Of a DNA stretch of 64,000 nucleotides, positions 11,061-24,112 are shown one piece after another (positions within the stretch are counted from its first letter, which is position 1; each line of letters opens with the position of its first letter). Source of the stretch: Lama glama. Taxonomy: Eukaryota. The notes under the pieces were generated by a model. It was not told the DNA's origin. It did no database searches and saw nothing but the letters and a program-made list of their open reading frames with translations. A program made the translations under genes and the position numbers. The stretch spans positions 65,968,001-66,032,000 of the forward strand of contig CM052838.1 of NCBI GenBank assembly GCA_028534125.1. Reading direction: 5' to 3'.

Positions 11061-11360
11061 CTTACCTGGTCAGCCTCGGTGTCCGGGTTCTCAGGGGCTT
11101 GTGGGGCGAGCGGAGCCTGGGAGCGCAGAGGAGAGTCCGAGTGCAGGTCCCGGAGCTCTGCCGCAGCCGGCCGTGCGCCGCATTTATGCCACACAGAGGC
11201 CTTGGCGGGCGGCGCACAGAGCAGCGGCTGTCACATGTGGTCCAGGGCCACGCTGTGCCAAGGACCCCGCCACCCCCGCACCTGCAAGATTGGGGCACAA
11301 AGAGCTGCTGTGAGCAGGGTGCTGGGCCTCAGCCCTGGGGCAGGCTGGCAGCAAGGCCCT
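11061..11360 (-). promoter_or_regulatory. Candidate promoter and first exon of the miR-202 host transcript
   Basis: Minus-strand CATAAAT (11182-11188), strong donor CAG|GTAAGG with exon ending at 11066, several NR5A1-like CAAGG motifs, CCAAT, ACAAAG; minus-strand AATAAA at 10329-10334 and 10211-10216 downstream of the hairpin. Confidence 0.5.
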
Positions 11361-12165
11361 GGGGCCTGGGGGCTGCAGGCCGAGACCTGGGACCAGGCCA
11401 GCGCTGGCCGCAGCCTCCTCCAAGCTTATCTCCCAGTGCGCTCCTGCTGCGTCATGGCCCAGAAGGCACACGCGGGGGCAGAAGCAGCATCGGGGGCCGC
11501 ATCTCTCCCCTCCCAGCCCGCCTCCCAGCTGGGGGATGGCAGGGCCTCCAGCCTGTAGCCCAGGCACGGAGCCCCAGGACCCCTGCCCCAGGGAGGCTGC
11601 CTGGGCCTAGGGCTGCCCAGGAGTCCAGAGGATCTGGTGTGAGAGCCCTTCCGGGCCTACACTGCCTGATGTGGGTTCAGCTCTGCTCCCAGGGCCCTGC
11701 TGGGAAGACTGCAGGACAGGCGGGGGAGACAGCCGTGGGGACCGGTGATCAAAGACCCAGGGCTTCCCAGAGAGACACACACAGACACTCTCCCGCTCAG
11801 GTGCCCCAGGCCCAGGGGTCCCAGGCAGGACAGCTCAGCTCCATGCCCATGTGTGGAAACTGGTGCCCAGTCAGTACCTGCTGGATACCAAACAGCTGGG
11901 TCCATGTGGACGTGCCCACCACTCTGTTCACAGAAATTCCTGACCTGTGGGGAACGGCAGAGGTGGTGGCCTGAGTCTGAAACGGATCGACCATCAGGTC
12001 CCCCACCTGTCCCCTGGGTCCCAGGGGGCCCTCCCATGCAGCACCCACAGCCCTCTGCCCTCCTCCACTCCAGGGGTGGCCTGCACCTCGCCCTTCTTGA
12101 CTGGGGAGTCCAGAGAGTCCACTGGCTCTCCCTCCCTTTGCCCTGTAGCCGGCTCTGAGGTGCAC

Positions 12166-12227
12166 GTGTATGTGTCTGTGTGTCTGTGTGTCTGGGTGTC
12201 TCTGTGTGTGTCTGTGTGTGGTGTGTG
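12166..12227. repeat. Imperfect (TG)n / (TGTGTC)n microsatellite
   Basis: Read directly. Confidence 0.85.
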
Positions 12228-13487
12228 CAGCGGCCCCTCGGGCTCTCACCCCACCTGTGTGTGGTTGGGGGCTGTTGTATCAAACCTCCACCGAGGGGTG
12301 GGCTCCTGGACGGACAAAGGCTGGGGAGGGTACAGGAGGACGTGTGAGGGAAGCGAGATGAGAGAGACCACCCGTCCCATGGACACACCAGGGACCCTGC
12401 TGGCCTGGCCCAGTCCTCCTGACACACCCCCACCATGGCTGAGCCCACTGGGGCCAAGGGTATGACTGAGAAGCTGCAGATCCCGGGTTGGGCGGACCAT
12501 GGCCAAGACCCCTGCTCCTGCCAGGAGCTCATCCTCCAGTGATGGGTGCGGGGCCATGAAGACCCCAGTGGGCAGCTTCTCGGGGCTCTCCTGGACAAGC
12601 AGGAGGGGCTGGAGCAACCTCTGGGCTGGATGCCCCCTGAAGGGGCTGTCAGACCCCAACCTCAGCTGAGGAGGGTCAGGGTGGGACCCTCAGTGGAAAA
12701 GGAGCCCCTGGAGAGCTCAGAGGCCCTGGGGGGCCACCTGCTGAGTCTCAGGCTGGTGAGGGAGGCCCCCCACTCCAGTGGCAACTCCAGGACCGTCTCC
12801 TCGGGCCTCTGGTCTCTGAAGAACCACTCAGGGTCCTGCTTCCCACAACCCGGGCCCCATCCTGAGCCTCCATCTCCATCAATGCTGCCTCCCTCGGCTT
12901 TTGGGAAACAAACTTGTGCGCTTGACCTCGGGCCGCTCGAGTGGGTGGTGGGTAGCGGGCAGGAAGGAGCAGATGGACAAAGACAGGAAATGATGGGAAT
13001 GATGCGGACGTCCTAGACGGCGCTGACCTTTGGGTTCTCTGCTTGTTCTTCTTAACCATCTCTTCCTGATTATTACATCAATGCCTGCTAGTTAAAATCC
13101 ACTTTTAAAATCCAGAAAGGCATAGAGAGACCATGACAGGCAGGGGTGGAAGCTGAGCCTTTCTGGCCCGGCCCCTGGGTCTCCCATGTGTTCTGCATGC
13201 CACCACCTGAATCCTCTGCCTCCAGCTTCCTCCCCAGTGTTGGAGGCCAAAGAGCTCCTGGCGGGTGGGCAGCCGGGGCCCTGCCAGCTGAGCCTGGGGG
13301 TTTGTATGGGAGGTCGGCTATGGGGAGGGGGCTGGACTGAAGGCCACAGGGAGCCAGGCTCTGGCATGGCAGAGTCTGTGTCCGGGTAGAGCTAGTCAGA
13401 GGGAGGAGGAGGCTGAGGGGCTGGGCCCTCAGTGGAGGTTCCCCCCCGGCCAGAGCCCCTGGAGTGCCCACACCCTCAGGTTGCAGT

Positions 13488-13519
13488 CCCTCAGCCCCCT
13501 CAGCCCCCTCAGCCCCCTC
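13488..13519. repeat. (CCCTCAGCC)x3.5 tandem repeat
   Basis: Read directly. Confidence 0.9.
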
Positions 13520-14794
13520 GGAGGCTTGGACTGCAGATCCGGATGCGAACTCAGGGCCAGATTCCACCAGGAGCTTCCTCCCCTAGGAGGGCCCCAGCCG
13601 GTGGACTCGAGGCCCGCTTGCTGCCCGGCAGGTGCACCTCAAGTGACTGCCTTGCCCGAGCTGCCGCACCGCCCCTCGGCGCTTTGAGCAGACCCCAACC
13701 CCAGAGCAGGATCTCAGGCCCCAGGGCAGCCCCACCCTGCACACTGGCCGCAATGCCCACGCCCAGCTGCCCAGGGGACCCTGGTGGACTTCTCTAGGAG
13801 CTGACTGGACAGGACAGGCTGGGTGCAACCACCACCCCAGGCAGTGAGGATGGTCCCCACTGGGCAGACAGAGGCTGGATGCCAGAGAGGTGGATGAGGG
13901 GCCAGGCTCCCATGGAGTCCTGACCACCACTCCGGGGCCGCCAGTCAGACCCCCACCCGGGGAACCCTTCCCACCTGCCAATGTTTGGGAGTCCACATGG
14001 GCCCGGGCACTGTGTCCTGATCCCTGTCACCTGGGGCAGGGCCCCCTGCGGGGTCCAGCCAAACCCTGGGCACCAAAGACCCCAAGAGTGGCCCCCAGAA
14101 CACAAAACTGACTGGGCCTGGCCCTCCCTCGCCCACGAGACAGAAAGTATACTTGCTGGCCGGGAGGACGTGCTTGGCGCGGAGCTGACTGGTGATAAGG
14201 GGTGTCCTTCAGGACCGCGCCTCCTCCCTGCACTCCGTGCCTGGCGGGGCTGAGGGTGCCGCAGCTGTCCGCTCAGTTCAGGGTGCGGCTTGCTGCCCCT
14301 AGAAGGTGCCTGCCTTTAACCCTTGGTGGGTTCTGCCAGCCCACTCCAGAGAGGGCGGACTGTGGAACCAAGCCCTGTCTCTGCCCTGCTCCCACACTGC
14401 CTGCACCCCCGGGAGTCACCGCAGCTCCCTGGGTTATGATCCACTGACTCTCTCCACCCCAGGGGCAGGCAGGCTGGGTCAGTGGCCCCGACAGTGGCAC
14501 AGCTGAGGCCTGGTGGCAGCTCACCACAGCTGTGCTGTGTGAGTCCACCCCTGGCCTCAGTGTCCCTACCTGCCAACGGAGGCCTTGCAAATGGCCGTGC
14601 TCTCTGGAGGCGTCAGGTTAAAGCGGCGGTGGCCCTGCGACACGGCAGCTCTAGATGTCTGGCCGAGGGGGTGGAAGCACTGCCCCGATAGACTGGAAAC
14701 CTCTCCAAGGCCCCCGTGCAGAGAAGCAGGGGAAAACCCAGGTGGCCTGTCAGCCACGTAGACTGTAGCCAGGGGGACACGGCCATGGTACAAA

Positions 14795-14864
14795 TTGTGA
14801 AGTTTATCTGAAACTGGACTTTAACTGGGTGTCCTGAATTTTAATTTCTAAATCTGGTGTCCCT
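14795..14864. mobile_element. MER53-like hAT MITE terminal fragment
   Basis: GTTTATCTGAAACTGGACTTTAACTGGGTGTCCTGAATTTTAATTTCTAAATCTGG matches the MER53 terminus as recalled. Confidence 0.6.
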
Positions 14865-17800
14865 ACACCCTGTGTGTGGAGCGGGCATGGGCTTGAAGAG
14901 GCAGGTGACAGGACCCAGGTCCGGGCCAAGATCCCGGCGGGCGGCCCCTGGAGACTTCAGGGCACGGGGCTTCTGGAGTCCAGATCCTGAGCCGGGCAGG
15001 CTCGTGACCAGCGTGACGTGGGCAGAGGCCCCTGCAACCCTGGGCCCGTGGGAAGCTGGGTGGGTGCTGGGTCCCCAAGACGGGGCACAGGCTGGGCCGT
15101 GCAGGGAGTTAGCAGCTCTGAGGGTCTGGCGGGCCAGCGGGAGAGGCCGGAGGGGCAGCAAGGAGTTAAGCAGGGCCTGGGACCTTCCCTCTGCGTCAGA
15201 GTTTCAAGGCTGCGCCTCTGTGACTCCCTCGCCGGGGAGATAATCTTGGCTTATGATGTTTTCTTTCTCCTCTCCGGGTGTATCCGGGGCCCTCCCCCGC
15301 CAAGGGAACGTTCTTCCACCCTCCAAGGCCACGGCGTGGATGGCCCTTCCCAGGGCACCCCGACCCGAGGGAGGACTGTGGCCACCTTGTCCAGACTGCT
15401 GAGCTGGCATAGCACCTGGCCCAGAGCTGGGAATGCGTGCAAACACGTGCCCACTCCCCCTGGGTCAGACCCCAGGCTCAGCCCAGGTCCCCAGCCCCTG
15501 GCCTTGGCCCCAGCACGGTCACCACTGCCAACAACTTGGGGTGGAGGTCTCTTTCTCACTGAAGGCCCCAGTGAGGGCTGGGCCTTGGGTTTGGGGAGGG
15601 GCCAGTCACTCTCAGGCCTCTCCCCTCGGTAGCTGCCCCCGGCCCCATGGTCTTCTGCGTCCTCAGCCTGATGACCCCTGGGGAAGATGCCTCTCCTCAG
15701 GCCGGCTCAGCGTCCCTGACCCAAGGCCCCTGGGGGTCCCCGCAGCTTCCGGAGGACCCTCAGTAGAGACCTGGGTGGGGTCAGTCCAGGGTTGCGAGTG
15801 CTGAGGGGCACAGGTCACGTCCTGCCTCCACCAGCCTGGCCCCCACTTCGCTGAGGAGGAAACCAAGGCCCAGATCTACAGGGAGAGTCTCGCTGCCCAA
15901 GGACCTGGGCCGGCCAGGGCCAGAACCAACACCCTCTCAGCTCCAGGTGCCTCCCAGGGACCCCTTCCCACTCTCCTGGTTGACGGAGAAGCCGCATGGC
16001 CTGGCTGGGTGGGTGGGTGCTGTGGGGGCACAAGCAGCCCACGGGACTCACTGCCCCGACCTGGGGGAGGGCGGGGGAGGCTGAGTGGACCCTGAATCTG
16101 TGGACGGGCTGGGCTGGGGCTGACCTGTCGTGGCTGCCAGGGCGGAGGACCGTGTGGGAGGGAGGCCTGAGACCCTCCTTCTCCAGGCAGCCTTGGATCT
16201 CAGACGAGACCCAGGCCGGACAAAGTGGGAGCCCTGGGGGCTGAGTGTGCACGCATGTGTGTGTGTGAGGGCCTGCGGGTTTGGGGTGGCGGCCTTGCAG
16301 TGGTGAAGGGGGGGCAGGGGGCAGCGAGGGCCACTTGGTCTCTCCTGAGAGGGTGGGCTTTCCTCTGAGAGCCCAGGGAGGGCTGGGCACCCACTGGCCA
16401 GTGGCCCAGCCTGGCTGCACACAGGGCCAGGGTGCCCCAGGGCCAACGGTCCAGGTGATGACACTGTGGGGCTGCCCAGTCACGCCACAGCCTACCCTCA
16501 TCCTGCGTTTCCCCTGCCTGCCCTCCTTGGCCTCCCGGCTCGCTTGAGGGATGGAGTCGGGCCACAGAGAGCAGGTTCTACTTCATCTCACGTGTGGCCT
16601 GTTACACTGTGAGGGAGGGACAGGGACACACACAAACCCCCCGAACATGCAGTGGGTGGAGCACAGAGGGGTCTGGGCCTGGGGTCCCCACGCCTCCCCT
16701 GGGGTGAGGCCAGGGCTGCTCTGGCCTCTGACCCCCCACAACCCTCTCCTGGCTAGTGGTTCCACTTTTCCTGGTGGGTGAGGCACAGCTGGTGGCCAAG
16801 AGGGAGTCTCTCTTAACGAGTGTATCCTTTTCAGAGTCCACAACGGAGAAGGATTTCGAGGACACACGGGAACCAGCAGCAAGACTGCATCTCACAGGCA
16901 AGCGTGTTAGAACCACTATTCTCATTTTCCCCAATTACAGAACAGCACAGAGCGACTACAAGTGTGACGGCTCTGCCCCCAAAGGCGGTCACGTAGCTGT
17001 TTTCCACCTGCCTCTTTTCCGGGCATCTTTCTACTACTTTCTACATGTTAGCCACGTCCCTTCCACAAGCCCCGAGGCTGGTAGGCAGGCAGGGTTTGAG
17101 GCCGAGAGAGGTCCCGCCCTATGGTGGAGGGCAGGCAGCGGGCCCCGCCCAGGGGTGCTCCGAGGGCCCACCCGCCTCAGGGCGCGGTCACTGGAGGGAG
17201 AATCCTTGTCCAAGTGTGCTCCTGTGTCCTTTCCCGTGCATTCTTAGTGCTTTTAAATAATTTCAGTCAACTCACTCAAAGCTTTGAGCTAACAGGCTGT
17301 TCCACGTAAACCTTCAAGTCAGTTTTACAGAAGCAGGTGGTCTGGCCACCTGGCCACCAGCTCCTAATCTTTTGTCAGTCCACTTTTCACACCTCCTGTG
17401 CATCCAGGGTGTTTTCCCCTGAAAAATGTGTCTTGGGTGTTACAAAATATTGACCACACGAAGAAGATACTTTGACTGCCCAAGGAGCACACATTGGTGC
17501 CCCTTCCAGCTCAGAAACAGCCTCTGACAGCCCAGGGAGCTTGGCTGCTGGTTGGACACCCACCCGCCCTCTTTTCTGGAATTCTGAAGTGCTTCATCAG
17601 CCATGCCCAGGACGCCTGTTCGCTGGCTCTGCCTTCACAGTGTGCCCAGAACCCACTTCTCAGATCTGCTCTGCTCTGTCCCGGCCCTCGTCCCGCGAGG
17701 CTATGGGGGGCCTCCCTGTCGCCCGGTCCCCTCAGCACTGGGGCAAGGGTGACCTGCCCAGCCCCCTCCTTCTCCCCCAGGGGAAGCCCCTTGGTGACTC

Positions 17801-19121
17801 CCTAGCCCACCCGCAGTCCTGGGTGGGGAGCCCTCCACCCTGGCTCTCTGCCCAGAGCCTATGCACCGGCTGCTCCTCTGTCTGAACCACCAGCCCCTCA
17901 TATCTTCACACCTTTACTCCAGAGTCAGGCTTGGCGGGCTTCCGTGGCCCCCACTCTCAAACGTCAGGCTCCCACCCGGGCCCCGCGGCTCCCCTATTCA
18001 TCCTGCTCTCTGAGCTCCTGGCCGCTGGAGGGCCTGTGCTGCGCAGGACACGGAGCCGCCAGTGGGGGTGGTGCTTCCCCGCAGGTCAGCCTGGCCCCAC
18101 ACGGCCGGGCGGAAGGGACTTTCCTGCTGTAGCTGGAGTCACGTGGGAGTCCTGGGCCACCTCAGCCTGGAGCCCTTTGAGGCACGTCCACAGCAGCGCT
18201 GTGTCTGGCCCGGACGTGGTCAGTGCCTCCCCAGCCTCTCTCACTCACTCAAAACACAACACTCATGAAAACCAATGTGCAAAGACGAGCTGGCGAAGGG
18301 GTGGCAGTGGGGGCAGTGGTAGGGGGGCCGAGGGCTCCCACGGGGTGGAGACCGCGTGTGTTTCCGTGTTTGCTGCCTACACTGGGGCTCGCATCACAGC
18401 CAGAGCACTGCCTGCCCTCAGTCAGGTGGCTGGAGGCCTGGAAGGTTTCTGGCTGGCGTGGGAATTTGCGTGAAGCCCTCAAGTCCTTCTGGGGCAGAAA
18501 GGTCGCAAGGAAGGCCTTGCCAGACGCCAGGTAGTTAGTTATCAGCCTGCATCACTGTGGGTTGCCAATTTTTAAGGAGCAGGAGGTATGATTTCTGCCC
18601 TGGCCACGTGGGGGCACCCTTGGGCCAACCCGGTGGGGCTTCGAGGGTGGTGGCAGGGTGCCGCCGCCTGTGGGCACGTTTGCTTTCCCGTTTACTAAGG
18701 AGGAAGTGAGTAGTCCAGGCTCCCCACTGATCACAGCCCCCCGGCGAGCGGGTGGAGCTGGTGCACGAGGTGTGGGACCCGCCAGCCCCACACACTCACT
18801 TGCTGGCCCAGTGGGTTTCTAATCACCAGCTCACGTTCACACCTCTGTGCCTCCCAAGGTTTTCCCCTTAAAAATGTTTTTAAATTGTTACGAAATATTT
18901 ACCATGTGCAGGAGGATCTGCCACACGAACCCCCGGCTGGAGACCCAAATGAGCGTCGCGTCTGCTTCCTGGACCGGGGAGGGCAGGCTGACGCTTCTTA
19001 AACCCTGTTCATTCCCAGGGGACTGTTTCTTTGCCGCATGGTTTACAGCAGGAGGACGCTGGAGTGACCTGACCGAAAACCAGACACTAACTGGAGCCCG
19101 ATGCCAGCAACGGGGAGGGGC

Positions 19122-19747
19122 TGGTGGCGAGTGACAAGAATGGGTCGGGGTGGCCTCAGGCTCTCCTGGAGGCTGACTCCTGAGGAAGAGCCTTGAGCTG
19201 CAAGAGAAAGGAATCCTGGCCCTCAGTGAGACCGGAGGGAAGGGGGCAGGGCGCAGCCATTCAAGGAATGACAGCAATTAACACCAAAATGGTGGAAGGT
19301 TCAACCCCCAGTAGGCCTTGAGGATTGAGATGGCGGGAGGTTTGACTTCCAGGAGACCTTGAGCTTCATTACACGCTCATTGTAGTGTATTAACATGGCA
19401 AATGACGCTCCCACAGGTGCCATGACAGCGGCGAGGCTGACCATAAAGTGTCGAGGAGCGGGCGGTGGCGCAATTCCTGGGAAGCTAGCCCCTTCCCCAG
19501 GGCAGACAGAATGGTCCCCCCACTCGCTGGCATGTTAGCCTGAGCACCCAACCCCCACACCTCGTGGCCTTTCTAAAACAGCCTGCACTCTGTGCAGTAC
19601 GTACCTCTAAATAAATCTGCTTTTGGCTCCCTCTTCAATTCTTTCCTGCGTGAAGCCAAGGACCCACACTTGGTGGGGCACGTCCCAGGGACCCAGCCCA
19701 GCCCTGAGACACAGCCCTCCTCTGGCCCCACGTGTTTTCCTGCATCA
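19122..19747 (+). mobile_element. Solo ERV1 LTR, MER41-like
   Basis: TG...CA termini with 4-bp TSD GGGC (19118-19121 and 19748-19751); MER41-type blocks AGATGGCG...TTCATTACACGCTCATTG...GACGCTCCCACAGGTGCCATGACAG and AATTCTTTCCTGCGTGAAGCCAAGGACCC; AATAAA 19610-19615; imperfect 41-nt internal tandem repeat (ATGG at 19289 and 19330). Confidence 0.82.
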
Positions 19748-22700
19748 GGGCTTCTGCACTCAGACCCGCCTGGAGCCCCTTGCTCTGCCTTCACCTCTGG
19801 ACGCAGGGACCCCTCTCGTGGCCGCTCACGTGGTTCAGCACTTTCCATGTCAGAGGCGGTGGCCTGGGGAGTCTGATGGGCTCCCAGGGGCTCTGAGCCT
19901 GGGCGTCCTCTGCGTCCGGCCACCTCAGGAAAAGGCAGACACTTAAGCAGAGCACATGGTTCCGGGGCATGGGACGCGCTGGCCTGGCCCCTCGTCTGTC
20001 CCCCCTGAGCCTCCAGGCCTGGTCTCCCCCTCAGTAGAGTCATGGCCACGTCAGCATGGCTTCTCAGAACTGCAGCTGACAGAACGTCTCCTAATGTCCT
20101 TGTCCTGGCAGGGTTGGAGACCCAGGCCTGAGCCCACTGCCCAGGGGTGCAGGGGAGCCACGTGCCTTCACCCTCAGTAGTGGGGCCCTCCTGTGGCTGG
20201 GGCCTGTTGGGCCCTTCAGTCCGCCCAGAAGCCTGCAGGCAGTGAGCACCCCCAGGGCCTGGAGTGCAGGGTCTAAGACCCAGTGAGTCTGTCCCCAGGG
20301 GAGCACCCTGTGGCCTGCACTGTGCGGGGGTCCTCCCTCCTTAGAGAAGGATCCAGAAGCCTTTTGGGTCTGAGGTAGTGCTGGCCTGATCAAGAGGTCA
20401 GGAAAACCTGGGCGGGGTGGGGACCCCCATGGCTGCACCCCCACGGTCCACTTGTCACGTGTGTACAGGCCCCAAGGGCACCCCAGCTCTGCAGCCCGGG
20501 GCACACACTGCCCCGAGCACCCCCACAGCCTCCACTGACACCCCAAGATGCCACACCCGGAGGGGGAGGGCCTGAGCAGGCTCAGGTGGCCTGCTCTCCC
20601 TGGGCGGCTCCAGTGTGCGCCCCCTCCCCCTCCCCACAGGCCTGGAGTCCCACAGGGGGCGCCCTGGACAGCTCCTGGGCTTGGCTCTCAGCCCCCAGCC
20701 CCACGGAGGGGATGTAGCCTGCGTGTGGGATGTCATGGGCCTCCAGGGTCACTGGCAGAGGGAGCCCCCAAGGAACCCTCCTTGAGGTCCAGCCTTGGGT
20801 CCCTGCTGGCCAAGGGCAAGCCTGGGCATGGGCGGGGAGAAGCCTCCTCCCCCCACGGATCCCAGGGTCCAACACCGTCCGGAGGGGCACGGCCGGCCAC
20901 CAGTCCTGCTTCCTGCTTCTCCCCAGGGTCCCAGGCCTGAGTCAGCTCTGTCCACAGCCCAGCAGGATTCAAAACCCACCAGACCCGCCGTGCAGGGTGG
21001 GGGCCGCATCTAGGGCCACTGACTCAGGCCCTCCGGAGAGCCGGCCTGATGCCCGCGCATCCCTGCCCCTGCTGGTGGCACAGAGCTTCCAGCTGGGGAG
21101 GGGTGGGGTGGGGTGGGGGTTGGTCACAGCCCCTCCTGAGGTCTCCCTGCCTTGGGGCCCTGGCCTCAGGTCAGCCCCTGCCCCCAGCCCCCAGCTGAAG
21201 CCCCTCAAAGCTGGAGTAGGGCCAAGGGCTCATCCCCAGGCCAGCGAGCAGGGGTCTGCATCTGGGGTGTGTTCAGGTCTGGTGCCCATTACCTGGGAGC
21301 GGCCCCTGCCTCCGGGCACCTGAGGCTCAGCACGTGTTCCCGTGTCCCTGTAGGGAGCAGATCCCTACCAGGGCGGCAACTGCCCCTGGCTGCATTTCCC
21401 AAGCTCTATTCTGTCTCCACTCCAACGCCCAGCCTCTGGGGCCAGACCCACGGCCACCTCCACTGGTAAGCACACACGCGGGCATGCCATGCACACGGGC
21501 AGGCATGCACACACTCACGTGCGCACACACGCACAGCAGCCTCCTTCTTCAAGGAAGGACCAAGCAGCCTCACACGTGTGCGTGTCGGGCCCTGGAGCGC
21601 CAGTGCTGCACCTCCGAGGTAGAGGGAGGCCACAAGAGCCCCCCACCACACCCTGGTGGCTCAGGCAGCTCTGCTGGGCAGGGCCAGGTCTGGGGTCTGA
21701 AGCTGCCAGGCCTGTCCTGGCTCGGGCTCTGGGCCAGGCCCTTCCCCAGCTATGGGACACCATGAGCTCTGGGCTGTGGGAGCCCACCTCTGGGTGGGTC
21801 TTCCCGTGCCTGACACCAGGAGCCAGCTGGGGCTGCTTGTAGCCCAGATTCCCACAGCTGGCAGAGTCTGGACGCCCCTCCCCGACACCCACGCCGCGGG
21901 TCCTGCGGCTCCTGGCTCCAGGGGCAGGTACATACCCGCCTCCCATCCCTGGGGATGCGCTGCCCTCCAGGAGGCAGTGCACAGGGACCTCAGAGACAGC
22001 CCCTTCCAGGCCCACGGAAGGCAGCTGAGGGCTCTCCTGGGACCCGCTCCCCTCCTGGACGCCACCCCTGCCCTCTCAGCGCTTGGAGCCTTCTTGATCA
22101 ATGAGTTGAAACGTGTCTCCTGGCCAGGAGAGCAGATCCTCTGCCTCGGTCATGTTTCTAAGGCACCTCAATCCCAATTCTCTCCAAAAGGGCTCAGACC
22201 CCGCCCTGCCCTGAGTCTTACAGCCCCGACCTGTGCTGTGGGGGTGCAGGGGCAGGAGCCCCGACCGCGTGTCTGACTCAGGGAGGACGTGGGCTGACTC
22301 AGCTGCAGGCAGCTCTGAAACCCTGTCGCTGCTTCCTGAAAGCCTGCAGGGAGTCCGGGAACACAGGACTGGGTGGTGAGTCAGGGGGAGGGGGCGGTAG
22401 GACCAAGGCTCTGGGGGACCCCAGCCTCCCACTCTGGATGCAGGAGCAGGGAGGCCGGACGTCAGGAAACAGAAGCCAGCAGGACACACCCCCGGCCCTG
22501 CCCCGCCCACCTCAGCACCTGGGGCATCCTGACCACATCCACACCATGTGTGGGGCTCACTTGTAGGAGGAAAAAGTGAGAAGAGTGAGGGTCAGGTGGG
22601 GCGGACAGGGCCTGTCAGCCCGAGACGCGGCACAGCCGCCGGGCCCCCCGAGCCGCCTCCCTCGAGGACGGCCGCGCACCAGCCTTCCCTTGCTGGAGGC

Positions 22701-23198
22701 ACAGACCCAGCCACACTCCCGCAGGTGAGAAAAGAAAACAGCTTCGAAAAAGCTCCTCCTCTCCCAAACTGTGTGGTGGCCACACTCCACCTGAGGACAC
22801 AGCTCCCGCTGGCCGAGGCAGGGGTCAGCGTCTCAGCAGATGACCCCTCCGTGAACCCTGGGTGGCGGGGATCTGCTCAACCCAGCGAGCCACCACCTCA
22901 CAGGGCCGTCCACACCACCCTTGGCCGGGCCGCACCCGTCCCCAGTGCCCTCTCCCGGGCGACGAGCTGAAGAGGGCAGGGGCGCCCCAAGGTGGCTCGC
23001 TGGGCAGGCGCTGGCCACTGGGGTGGACTTTCCGTTGACACAGATGGCTTTGGCCCCTGCACACCTAGGCCCCCGGGGTGTCTGCTTCACCTCACACCGT
23101 CTTACTTCAGTGACAGTCCTGGAAACGGCACTCAACTGCGTCACCACTTTAAACAGCAGATGAGCTGTTTTCCTCTCCGAGTTTCATAAAATAAAACA

Positions 23199-23372
23199 CA
23201 GCTGACCCTTGAACAACGAGGGGCAGGGGATGGGGAGGTCAGAGGCACCGACCCCACAACAGGCCGAAAGCCCGCCTGTAACCTCAGAGCCGGCCCTGGG
23301 CATCCGCAGATGGCGCAGTGCTGCGCGTAGTTACTGGACCCGCCCAGCCCAACCCTGCTGCTCAGGTCACTG
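23199..23372. mobile_element. Tigger (TcMar)-derived MITE
   Basis: 5' TIR CAGCTGACCCTTGAACAAC; degenerate 3' end GGACCCGCCCAGCCCAACCCTGCTGCTCAGGTCACTG. Confidence 0.7.
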
Positions 23373-24112
23373 CGGCCAAGACTCCCTCTATCGGCACAGG
23401 GGCCAGAGCTTCGCCGTGGGTGTGAGGGGCTGCCGGGACCCTGCTGAGGCAGCAGCTCGCTGCCCGCTGCCCGTCAGCACTTCCTCCCCGCCGTCCCTCG
23501 GCAGATGCAAACCACACCATGACGCCACTTTCCTGCTTCCGCAGGAAAGCAGCGCAAGATCCGCACACCTCAGGAACCTCGCTGTCACCACAACTCCTGG
23601 CGGCTCTTTGACCCCAAGGCCCGACTGGGGTGGCCTGCACCCCCGCCCCCACCCCCACTGTCCTCAGCGCAGCTGGTGCTCCCGTGGGGGCTGGGGGAGC
23701 ACACGGTGGTCACTGAAAGGCACTGAAGGGAACTGAGCACACCCTGAACCCAGGAATGCTGGAGACCCCCGAGAAGGAGCAGAGGACCAGGCGTGCACCT
23801 TGGGGAGGGGCCTTCTGCTCCCTGACCTGGCCCCACGGCCCCTGGGCCTGGTGTCCAGCACATCTGGGTGCGAGTCTGCAGCCCCTGGAACGGGGCCCCA
23901 GGGCCTGGTAACTGGCGAGGTTGGATGGTTTGTAAGGGTTGGGGTCCACTACACTCGCTTCTGCTTCTAGGTGCCTTTAGAATATCCCACAGTTAAATTA
24001 CTTTCCAAACAATACGACTAGATGTGGGCTCTCCCTGGTCAGGGACGCCGCCTGCCACACCCACTGCCTCGCTGCGCATGAGTCCGAGCTGCCTGGGGGC
24101 CCAGGGCTGTAC

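Noticed and set aside
11099-12598. Long ORFs 11099-11974 (+) and 11657-12598 (-), and similarly 38922-39836, 51030-51887 and 25954-26973
   Set aside because: Non-ATG or weak starts, Pro/Gly/Arg/Ala-rich low-complexity translations, no recognisable domains; expected in stop-poor GC-rich DNA
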